A stretch of 64,000 nt of DNA, from positions 27,466,001-27,530,000 of the forward strand of contig OY740812.1 of NCBI GenBank assembly GCA_963514005.1, read 5' to 3'. Below, piece by piece: positions 11,705-23,313 of the stretch (its first letter is position 1; each line of letters opens with the position of its first letter). Made by a program: the position numbers and the translations under genes. This stretch comes from Raja brachyura. Taxonomy: Eukaryota. Below the pieces are notes generated by a model, which made no database searches, was not told where the DNA came from, and worked only from the letters and a program-made list of their open reading frames with translations.

Positions 11705-14700
11705 TAGATCCCGCCCCTTCGAGGAAGCCACCCAGAGCACTGGCCAAAGATCATAGAGCGGAGCAAGAAACTCCACGATGCAGAAAATGCACTATGCACA
11801 ACATGCTGTATCAACAATGCCAACCATCTGCACGGGTTTGTAACTGAAGGTGCTGGGTGCAAAGGCAAGGAGGTTGTGTTGAACTTCGTTAAAACATTGG
11901 CTTCATTAAGTCTGGGACATTGGACACTGCACTGTACAGTGCGAAAGCACAGCAGAGAGCGCAGACAAGATTTACTAGAACAGTGTAGGAAGGAACTGTA
12001 GATGCTGGTTTACACCGAAGGTAGACACAAATTGTTGGAGTAACTCAGTGGGACAGGCAGTGACTGGAGAGAAGGAATGGGTGACGTTTCGGATCGAGCC
12101 CCTTCTTCGGTTGCGTCTATTTTGTGCATTTTCTGTCTATTTCATAGAAAGCCCTGCGACCTTACTTTAGTTACAATGTATTTTAGGAGAGCGAAAGCTG
12201 AGAAGAGATTTGGTTCAAAATCATCGCAGGCAGAGGGATTAAGGTGGAACGGGTTGCACCGGAGTTTGGGCAGTTTGTTGTAATGTTCTGATTTCATTGC
12301 ACAGTATTTTTCTTTTTATTGTCTTGTACAATTTATGCATAATTTATGTTTTGGTAAGCATCTGCATTGATACGGTTTACGGGAGATACATACACAATGG
12401 CAGTAAATCGACTGCTCATACAGAGAGCATAGGAACAGCAGACACTCCAGCTCTCCCATCCCACCATCAGTCCAAACCAGTTATATAATTCCATACAATG
12501 CCTCCACGGATACTTGTGAATAGACAAAAAATGCTGGAGTAACTCAGCGGGCCAGGCAGCAACTCTGGAGAGAAGGAATGGGTGACGTTTCTGTCGGCGC
12601 TTGTGGCTCTGCATTTGCGACCACCAGCGCAGGCCTCCTTGCGTCCTTACGTCACTGCGGGCTCGGGGCCCAGGAGGTACCGGCGGTGACGGAAGTCTGC
12701 GGCCCAGATGATTTTGGGCTACGGGCCGCATTCAGCCCGGGGGCCGTAGGTTGCCGACCCCATGTACTAGGGGCTATTCACAGAGGCCAATTAATCTACA
12801 AACCCACACGTCTTTGGGATGTGAGAGGAAACTGGAGCACCCGGAGGAAACCCACATGGTCGCAGAGAGAACATGCAAACTCCACACAGACAGCAATCAA
12901 GGTCAGGATCGAACCTGAGTGTCTGGCACTTTGAGGCAGCAACTCCACCAGCTGTGCCATAACATCACAAAGGAAATGGTGGCAATTAAATTAAAAAGCT
13001 GCAGTTCAAAAATTTAGCAAGACCGTGGATGTTGAAAGAAATGGTAGACACCATCGGCCAATTAACTTAGTTTAGATATACAGCATGAAAACAGGCCCTT
13101 CGGCCCCAAAGTCTGTGCCAACCTCCAATCACGAGTTCTATGTTGAGTTGTGTGAGATATTTCACAAAAATATAGACCTTATGGAGTAGGACAAGATGGG
13201 GATAACAAACATATTAAATATATTTTTGTGGAATATCTCTCACAATGCAATAATTTGTAATCCTTGCACAGTGGTACCGAGTGTCTCCTCAGTAAAAGGT
13301 TAAAGAAGCCTAACAGCTCAGATGTGAATGGCTGAGGTTGTGATCTTCCCTGTAACTCTGACCCACTCACTCAATCCTTACAGTACAGTCTGATCCTACT
13401 CCTGTGGTTAGACACCTGGTCTATTTAGTTAACTTTAGCCTATTTGACTGAGGGAACCATCGCTCCATATTCCCTACCTTCTGGTACTAACCAGATGCCA
13501 ACTGAGCTGTTGAAAACATCTATGGGTAATTCACTGGTGGTGTGGCACGGTGGCGCAGTGGTAGAGAGTTGCTGTCTTACAGCGCCAGAGACCCGGGTTT
13601 GATCCTGTCTCGGGTGCTGCCTGTACAGAGTTTGTACGTTCTCCCCGTGACCGTGTGGGTTTTCTACGGGTGCTCCAGTTTTCTCCCACATGCAGAATTT
13701 GTAGGTTAATTGACTTCAGTAAACAGCCCCTAGTGTGTCAGATGAGAAACTGTGATAACATGGAACTAGTGTACGGGTGATTGGAGGTTGGCACGGATGC
13801 AGACCAGGCCATTCGGCCCTCCAAGCCTGTTCCGTGATTCAATATGATCAGGGACGATCATCCAAATTCGGGGAGTTTTGACGACTTTTTTTTTGTCCTT
13901 TGTTCATCTCCGGCCTTTGTCCATATTATAACCAAAGCCCCCCTCACCAGGAAGGACAAGGAAACCGCTTCTTGACCATGATCCACCTCCTGTATCCACC
14001 CATCACTTGCTAGGCTTTGTTTCACCCACATCCAGCTTTCTTCCCCTCACTACAATTAGCCTGAAGAAGGGTTCCGATGTGAAACGTTGCCTATCCATAC
14101 CCTCCAGGGATGCTGCCTAACCCGCTGAATGTTTCCAGCACCTTGTGTGTTTTCTTTTGCAAAACCTGCTTTTGCAGTTCATTGTTTCTACATCCAGAAC
14201 AGCAGTAGCTTCTAAAAGCTAAAGGAATCAACAGAGATGGTGGGACAATGGGAACAGCCCGCGGAATTATTGAACGATGGCATGAGGTAGGAGGGCCAAA
14301 TGTCCTGATCCTGCTGCTAACTGCAAAATATTTCCCAATCTGCAGTGGTGATTGCTAGTAGAAGGCAGGCTAAGTGCAGTGAGACGGAGATCGTGGTCTA
14401 AGGAAGATCAGTCCCAGGTTCTGTGTATTACACATCGTGTTCATTGGAAGGTCGTGTGTTGGATCACAGTGCATCATTAACGTGAGTGGAAGTTACCAGA
14501 TGTCAAGAACCACCCGTTCCAGTTGCCAACTGCAATCTTTAGCTGCAAGTATAACTGCTTGAATGCACATGTGAAAAATGAATTGATCTGTCAACCTTCC
14601 AGAGTTCAGCACGCTTCATTCATGCTCGAATGCCCAAATGCTGTTGAGTTTGGAACCTGGAGGGATTTGGCCGTCATCGTTTTGCTTTTGCTAAAAAGGG

Positions 14701-15985
14701 CTAGGAACAAAGATAAAAAGCTATCGCAGTGTCTCAGCATCAGTAAAACCAGCCGCAGATGCGTTCGGGACTTGTGGCAATCCTCACTGTCCCTTTACCA
14801 GTAAGTCTAAACTGTGAATAAACCAAGCTTAGATCATGCCAGCTGTTTCCTCTTTCCCAAGAAGACCACTAACATTGTGCCAGAGCTCACCAATGATGGC
14901 CCACTGCTGCTGCTCTACATACTAACTCCTGGTTTACTTTTTCCAAAATCTGGCAAGTGCCGCCCTGATTCAAAGCAGCCAATGTGGGCGACACTGGTCA
15001 CTAGGACAGATCCTCCCCCAGACACAAAGCTCACATGTGGCACCTGCACAAACAACCTGCTGTCCACTTTACATGGAATGTGCATGAGATGATATTCATG
15101 CTAATGTTATAGGAGCAGAATTAGACCATTCAGCCCATCAAGTCCACTCTGCCATTCAATCATGTCTGATCTATCTTTCCCTCCCAATCCCATTCTCCTA
15201 CCTTCTCCCCATAACCCCTGATACCCGTACTAAACAAGAATATATCAATCTCCGCCTTAAAATTATCCATTGACTTGGCCTCCACAGCCGTCTGTGTCAA
15301 TGAATTCCACAGATTCACCTCCGTTGACTAAAGAAAGCCCTCCACATCTCCTTTCTAAAGGTACGTCCTTTTATTCTGAGGCTAAGGACTTTGGTCCCAG
15401 ACACTGCCACTAGTGGAAACATCCCCTCCACATCCACTCTATCCAGGCCTTTCAATATTCGGAAAGTTTCAATGAGGTCCCCCTACTCCTTTTAAACTCC
15501 AGCGAGTTCAGGCCCAGTGCCGTCAAACGCTCATCATATGTTAACCCAATGAACATTCTGTGAGCATTGGGACAAATAATTCATACAGACCTGTGGACTC
15601 GGCAAAGGAGACATTTTTTGGAAACCTCCCAAAGGATGGTGAATGCTAGAGATCCAAAACAGGTTAGGTCACTTTAATTTACTTATCTAATAATCCGTTG
15701 GTGCACCCTTGACCAGGGATTTCAGTCCCCCAACTCATCCTCTACCCCCTCATAGCTATTTGCAATCCCCCTACTCACCATCCTTAGATAGACAAGTCTC
15801 ACTTCTAGTGGATGACCATTCCTGGCTGACGTCCCCTCAATGTTTACAGACCGACCCTGTCCTTCCTTGTGGACAGCAAGGCTCATGAGGAGAGGCTTTC
15901 CCCTTGCCATAAGTCAGGTTCAGTTCTGGGGCTTTAGGTGCAACTGAATTTTCAAGCACGTGGCCACAAACCAAAGCAATTGTTA

Positions 15986-16564
15986 AGGGCCTGTCCTACA
16001 AGCATGCAACTCTATGCGATGAGCGCGACCTAACGTGGTCGCTTGAGCCGTCCGGCGTCGCGGGGCCGGTCCCACTTCGATCGCCGGAGCCGTGCGGAAT
16101 TGTGCGGAGTTCGTCCCGACACCGCGCGGGGCTCCGAAAAACTGACAATGTCCAAAAATTCCGCGCGGCAACGGCTTGTCGGCTCGCAGTCGCCTCGATG
16201 CATTACATACCGCCCCGACATCGTGCCTCCGTGAACCTATCTGTAGGTGCCTCCGTGACCCTCTATGTGTGTGGCTCCGTGGCCCTCTGTGTGTGTGTGC
16301 CTCTGTGCCCCTCTCTGTGTGCCCCTCTCTGTCCTGGCGAACTTACCTTAGACTTCGCTCCAAGTTCGCCTCACTTTGCGCCGCGTTGCGCCACTCACCC
16401 GACCTCCGCGCAGCCCCTACTGCCGGTTTGGTCGCACTTGCCGCATGCAGGCGCATGCTGGTGGCAACGGCCCTGTACAGGGGATCACCCGACCTCCGCG
16501 CGGCCCCCGCTTCTCATTTGATCGCGTGCAACGCATAGAGTTGCATGCTGGTGGGACAGGCCCT
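15986..16564. mobile_element. PIF/Harbinger-like MITE
   Basis: TTA|AGGGCCTGTCC...GCATGCAACTCTATGCG at the left end and CGCATAGAGTTGCATGC...GGACAGGCCCT|TTA at the right, with a 3-bp TTA TSD. Confidence 0.85.
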
Positions 16565-19500
16565 TTACTGGTTGTGCTGTGATCAGTGAATTATCTGATG
16601 ATTTTCCAGACCATTGCTTGTCTTCGATTGACTTTGACATTACTTCACCAACTCTTTCTCAACCTACAGTCTCATCTTTTGATCGAACTTAACAGAAGTC
16701 AAATACCCAATGCAAACACTTTATGTGAGGAGAGGATGCAAAATTTTCATTACACTAAAGTTCGGAGCGTTCCCCAACAGGCTGAAGTAATTATGATCCT
16801 AACATTATCACCTGCAAAGAAGGAACTTGAATTGCAGATAAATTTAGTTTGAGTTCAATTTAATGTCACGTGTACCGAGGTACAGTGAAAAGCTTTCATC
16901 ACGTGCTATCCAGTCAGCAGTAAGACTGTGGATGACTTGATTGTAATCATGTATAGTGTACAGATACACGATGAAGGGAATATGTTTAGAGCAAGATAAA
17001 GGGTTCAGTAAAATCCGATTCAAGATAATCCGAGGGTCGATAGTAGCTCAGGACCATTCTCTAGTTGTTGATCGGAAGATTCCGTTGCCTGATTCTTTGA
17101 TTCTTTGAGCAATTGCACTGTAATTTCCACGAACAAAATTTGTGAAAAAAATCTTGTTGTGAAAAAAAAAGTGAACATTACACTACCCCAAAGCATCGCA
17201 ATGGATTTATTTGCACTGTTACGAGCCAAATAAGGAACAGCCACCATGAAGAGACTGTAAATGATAAATTTGCCACAGATTCAACAGAGAATTAATTGTT
17301 TAACAATGAAGAAACAACTGTTTTATTGAGCACAGTTGTGCTCAGTTTACAGACAGATCAGTGAGTGTCTGTGGGAGCTGCCTGGTTTGTCCACCACGAT
17401 AACACCTCCGCGACTGGTGTCTACTGGGTGAATGGACTCAAGGGCTGGTCAAGCAACATCTCATGTGGTTGTACATGTAGAAAAAATGCACATTGATATT
17501 GTGCCAGATTGCACCATCACAATCGCGCATTACGTCAGATCCCACGAGCCGGACAACCCATCACATGCGGTGGCACCGACATGTACTGGTGGGAGGTGGA
17601 AGCCCTGGGAGTTCTCAACACTGAATCTAGACTGCCAGCAGACCCATGGACCCATGAAATGGCTAACTACCGACAAGGAAACTGCTTCTTGACCATGATC
17701 CACCTCCCTCCCTCCCTCAGCTATGAATCAGTGCCCCTCCATATTGAACAGCACTTGGAAGTAGCACTGTTGCAATGAATGCACACAACTTACTCAAGTA
17801 GGTCCATCGCCAAGAGTTAGGGTGGCACGGTGATGGTAGAGTTTGTGCCTTGCAGCGCCAGGGACCCAGGTTCGATCCTGACTACGGGTGCTGCTTGTAT
17901 GGTATATTTCCTCCCACACTCTTAAGATGTACAAGTTTGTAGGTTAATTGACTTGGTAAAATTGTAAATTGTCCATAGTGTGTGTAGGATATTGCTAGTA
18001 TGCGGGGATCGCTGGTCGGCGTGAACTTGGTGGGCCCAAAGCGCCTGTTTCACAGCTGTGTCTCAAAAAACGAAACTAAATTAAAAAACTAACGTTGGTT
18101 GGTAACACAATCAGTGACCAAGCAGGTTGAGTTCTACGGAACAAAGCTGCCAGGTTGGGTCAGTGAATGAACGAATGAGAGGTTAATGACTTGATTACAT
18201 CCTTCATTATCTACTCAAGCAGATCCAGCTGCCCATGAGAGCTTTGCAGTAGTGATCACAACATGTCCTCTGGAGGTGAAGTCCCAGCTTCACCCCAAAG
18301 ACACAGTGCATGGTGTTGAGTGGCACTGCCATCGTGCTAAACAACTGGCTCAGAACACATCTGGCAGCTTGCAACAGGTACTGTGGACCATCATAAGCAG
18401 CAGAAAGATGTATCAGCACAAGATACATCCTCATAACACAGCATCTCCTACACTTTACTTTTATCATCAAGCAAGGATATCAAACCTGGGTCAGAGAGGA
18501 ATGCACATGACATGCCTAAAACTGGGATAGACAGGGTGAATGGACAACTGGTCAGGAGTTAACCCCCCAGTGAAGCTGGAAGGCAGGACCAATACACATT
18601 AAACCACCACAACACAAGGCTAGGAGATCTCAAGTCAATGGGTCAAGTCAAATCTCTGCAACCCTCGCGCATCCAGTAACGAATAGAAATACATTAAACG
18701 CTGAACAGAATGAGCTCCACAAAGCTCTCATTCTCAGTACGGGCGGGTCACAGCATGTGAGTGCTGCAGGTAAGACTGAAGCATTTCCAATCCCAGTCAG
18801 CCAGATGTCAAATAGATGAAGCATCTCAGCTTCTTCCTGAGCTCAGTATCACCTTGGAAACTGGCCCTCAGCTGATTGAAACGTTAATGTGCTGGAGTAA
18901 CTCAGCGGGTCAGGCAGCATCTCTGGAGGAAATGCACGGACAATGTTTCAGGTTGGGTCCCTTTCCGACTGGAAGAAGGATCCCGACGCAAAACGTTACT
19001 TATCCATTCCCTCCACCTCCACAGATGCTTCCTGACCCATTGAGTCATTCCAGCACTTTGTGTTTTCCTCAAGATTCCAGCATCTGCAGAGTCTTGCGTC
19101 TCCTCTAATGATTTGATTCACTTATAATATAATAAAGAAACATAGAAACATAGAAAAATAGGTGCAGGTGTAGGCCATTCAGCCCTTCGAGCCAGCACCG
19201 CCATTCAATATCATGGCTGATCATCTAAAATCAGTACCCCATTCCAGCTTTTTACCCATATACCTTGATTCCTTTAGCCCAAAGGGCTAAATCTAACTCG
19301 CTCTTGAAAACATCCAGTGAATTGGCCTCCACTGCCTTCTGTGGCAGAGAATTCCACAGATTCACAACTCTCTGGGTGAAACAGTTTGAGTACCCAATAC
19401 AGTTGCGTTAATACAGTGAGGCTGTTCCTAGACCCACTGCATCACAGCGCAGGAGACCAGGGCTCTATCCTGACCTCGGGTGCTGTTGTGTGGAGTTTGC

Positions 19501-19964
19501 ACGTTCTCCCTGTGGCTGCGTGGGTTTCCTCTGGGTGCTCCGGTTTCATCCCACATCCTAAAGGTGAGCGGGTTTGTAGGTTAATTAGCCCTCTGTAAAT
19601 TGCCCCAAGGAGGTAGGGATTGGTTGCAAAAGTGGGATAACATAGAACTGATGTGAATCATTGATAATCATTGTGAATTCAGGAGCCAAAAAGCTTGCTT
19701 TTGTGCTGTATCTTTCAATCAATATATATTGGATCAATGTAGGATTAGTGTAAATGGATGGTTGAAGGTTGGCACAAACTCAGGAGGCGAAAGGACTGGT
19801 TTCTAAGATGCATCACTCAATGACTCGAAATGACATAATTCCAGCAGTAATACTGAAAACCTGCGCTCCAGAACTACTTGCGTCTCTTGCCTTTCTGCTC
19901 CTATCTAATTACAATGGCATTCACCTGACAAAGTGGAAGATTATCTGGATTGATCATAGATATA

Positions 19965-20550
19965 GAATCATAGTGTGGAAACAGGCCCTTCGGCCCAACT
20001 TGCCCACACTGGCCAACATATCCCAGTTACACTAGTCCCACCTGCCTGAGCTTGGTCCATATCCCTCTAAACCTATATAACTGTTTCTTAAACGATGGGA
20101 TAGTCCCAGCCTCAACTACCTCCTCTGGCAGCTTGTTCCATACACTCACCACCCTTTGTGTGAAAAGTTACCCCTCGGATTCCTATTAAATCTTTTTCCT
20201 TCACCTTGAACCTATGTCTCAGATCCTCGATTCCCCTACTCTGGGCAAGAGACTCTGTGCATCTACCCGATCTTTTCCTCTCATGATTTTATACACCTCA
20301 ATAAGATCACCCCTCATCCTGCTGCACTCCACGGAATAAAGACCCAGCCTACTCAACCTTTCTCCATAGCTCACACCCTCTAGTCCTGGCAACATCCTCG
20401 TAAATCTTTTCTGAACTCTTTCAAGCTTGACAATATCTTTCCTAAAACATGGTGCCCAGAACTGAACACAATATTCTAAATGCGGTCTCACCAACGTCTT
20501 ATACAACTGCAATATGACCTCCCAATGTCTATACTCATTACTCTGACTCC
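19965..20550 (-). mobile_element. CR1-type LINE 3' fragment
   Basis: LYKTLVRPHLEYCVQFWAP...RGDLIEVYKIM. Other CR1 fragments lie near 225-440, 3740-4180, 15105-15545, 19135-19380, 25143-25500, 51590-51860 and 63335-63525. Confidence 0.9.
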
Positions 20551-20828
20551 TGTACAAAAAAAGCAGGACAAAGTTGTTAATTGGTGGCTGATCAGTCTAC
20601 CTTCAGTTATCAGCAAAGTGCTGGAGGCTGTTGTCAACAATGTTGTCATGCAGCACATACCAGTAAATGACAACCCCTGATGCACTGTTTGAGTTTTGTC
20701 AGAACTACCACTGCTCCTGGAAAAAGTAGACACAAAATGCTGGAGTAACTCAGCGGGTCAGACAGCATCTCTGGAGAACATGGATAGGCTGCGTTTTGGA
20801 CCAGAACCCTTCCTCAAACATATTGTAG

Positions 20829-20853
20829 TGGGGGGGGGGGGGGGGGGGGGGGG
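20829..20853. repeat. Poly-G tract
   Basis: About 25 consecutive G within a Penelope-like repeat. Confidence 0.9.
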
Positions 20854-23002
20854 CTGGTGGTGGTAGAAAACTGGACGAGAGATGAGGAGGGGACAAATCC
20901 TGGCCTGTTACATGTTTGCTCTAAACCTAGAGCAAAGTTTCAAATCCCAGAGGTGAGGTGAGATGGACTGCCTCGGATATCAAGGCAGCGTTTAACTGAA
21001 AGGTGCAACAAGGATCCCTGGTCAAACTGAAGTTAATGTGCTTCAAGAGGAACACACCACCATGGTCAGAGTCACACTCAAAGGATTAGGGTTGTGAACT
21101 TGGAGATCAATCATCCCAGCTCCAGCTCATCGTGACAGGAGTTACCCGGGATTGTGTCCTAGTTCCAACAATCCTTAGTTGTTTCATCATTGACATTTTC
21201 CATCACGAGTTCAAAAATGGAGATAGGATTGATTGATTGATTGATACAGCACAGAAACAGGCCCTTCGGCCCACTGAGTCCACATCGATCACCCGTTCAC
21301 GCCAGCTCTACATTATCAAACTTTCATATCCACTCACTGTACACTAAGGACAAATTACAGAGTCCAATTGACCTGCAAACCTACACGTCTTTGGGATGTG
21401 GGAGGAAACCAGAGCACCTGGAGGAAACCCATGTAGTCACATGGAGAACATGCAGACTCCACACTGACAGAAGCCGTAGTCAAGATAGAACCCGAGTCTC
21501 TGACACTGTGAGGCAGCAGCTCTACCTGCTGCATCACTGTGCCGCCACATAACCATATAACAATTACAGCACGGAAACAGGCCTTCTGGGCCCTTCCAGT
21601 CCGTGCCGACCATTTATTTTCCCCTAGTCCCATCTACCTGCACTCAGACCATACCCCTCCATTCCCTTCCCGTCCATATACCTATCCTGGGAGCTTGATG
21701 TGAGTTCAAATCACAGTTCTTCGTGTAATGAAGCAGTCGGTGCCAGCATGCGGCAAACCTAGATAACATTCAGGCATGGGTGGATAATGTCAAATAATAA
21801 CATTCAACCACAGGATTCATTTGCATTGGTTCAGTGACAGATAATGATCGCTTCCAAGAAGACCGTCTAAACCCTATCCTTGAAACTCAATGTATTACTA
21901 TCACTGAGTCCTCCACCATTGAACAGAAGCTTAGTCTCACCTGCTACACTAATACTGTGGCTAGAAGCACAGGACAGATGCTGGGAATCCTGGTGAATAA
22001 CTCACACCCTGATGCCTTTGAGATTTTAGAGCACCTTAGGGCAGGACTGTTGGTTAGTAGCCATTCGGCCCAGCGAGTCCATGCCGGCCTTCGATCACCC
22101 GTTCACCTAGTTCTATGTTATCCCACTTTTGCATCTACACATTAGATGGTAGACAAAAATGCGTGAGAAACTCAGTGGGTGAGGCAGCATCTATGGAGCG
22201 AAGGAAATAGGCAATGTTTCGGGTCGAGACCCTTCTTCAGACTGAACTTAGCATTCCCTTCTTAGCATTTTTGTCTACCTTCGATTTTCCAGCATCTGCA
22301 GTTCCTCCTTAAACATTAACCCTACACACTAGAGGCAATTTACAGAGGCCAATTAACCTACCCGTACATCTTTGGAATTTTGGAGGAAACTGGAGCACCT
22401 GGAAGAAACCCATGTAGTCACAGGGAGAATGTGCAAACTCCACTCAGACAGCACCTGAGGTCAAGATCGAACCCGGGTCTCTGTCGCCAGGAGGCAGCAG
22501 CTCTACCAGCTGTATCACTGTGCTGCCCCTAAGTTTATTGCCAACTGCAAATTACTCTCCATGTAGGTGGATGGTAGGAAAATCAGGTGTGATTAATGGG
22601 CAATAGAGATGAATATTCTGGGAAATAAGTGGGGAATGAGACTGATGGGTTGGCGCTGACAACTGGCATGGATTCAATGGGCTGAATGGTTTTCTACGTC
22701 ATAAGGAAATAGGAATAGCAGTCCAATGGAATGCTTTTCACGTTCCTGAAGGAGCTCCAGTAACACTCAAGATTAACACCATCAAAGCAAAGCAGTCAAC
22801 TTGGCAGGTTCCCCCAGAACAACCTAAACATCCATGACCTCCATGACATTTGCACAGTGCCCGTCACTTCTGCCAACTTCAGAATTCACTGTAGTTTCGC
22901 ACCAGATGGCTCTGTCAGCGCCTTCCGAACCCGGGGCCTCTGTCACCTAGAAGATGGCTTCCCCTTCAAGTCATGCACTGTGCTGATTCAGATACAAATC
23001 AC

Positions 23003-23313
23003 TTGCACGGTGGGCGCAGCTATAGACTTGCTGCCTCACAGCACCAGAGACCCAGTTTCGATCCTGACTACGGGTGCTGTCTGTACGGACTTTTTACGTT
23101 CTCCCCGTGACCGCGTGAGTTTTCCACGGGTGCTCCAGTTTCCTCCCACACTCCAAAGACGCAAAGGTTTTTGTAGGTTGATCTTCGGTAAAGATTGTAA
23201 ATTGTCCCTAGTGTGTAGGATACTGCTGGTAGATACGGGTCGCTGGTCAGCCCGGATTCGGTGGGCCAAAGGGCCTGTTGCCGCACTGTATCTCTAAATT
23301 AAACTAAACTAAA
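23003..23313 (+). mobile_element. tRNA-derived V-SINE (representative full copy)
   Basis: A/B-box-like head, V-domain gttctccccgtgaccgcgtg...tttcctccc, CR1-like tail and (aaact)n. Further plus copies lie near 13543-13800, 17820-18090 and 19440-19720. Confidence 0.85.

Larger units (their letters stand above)
9948..12764. mobile_element. Non-autonomous hAT (Charlie/Buster-like) relic that hosts the Tc1
   Basis: Ends CAATGGTCAGCAACCT and AGGTTGCCGACCCCATG. 8-bp TSD cactaggg/tactaggg with central TA. MER58-like subterminal gggccg motifs. It splits a SINE. Confidence 0.75.

Noticed and set aside
14380-15060. Unique-looking intronic sequence that might be an ancient SINE or conserved element
   Set aside because: Cannot be supported without an alignment.
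22857-23297. ORFs of 60-150 aa over SINE and Penelope-like repeats, and tRNA-like heads
   Set aside because: Similar peptides recur wherever the repeat occurs. The heads are SINE promoters without a complete cloverleaf.
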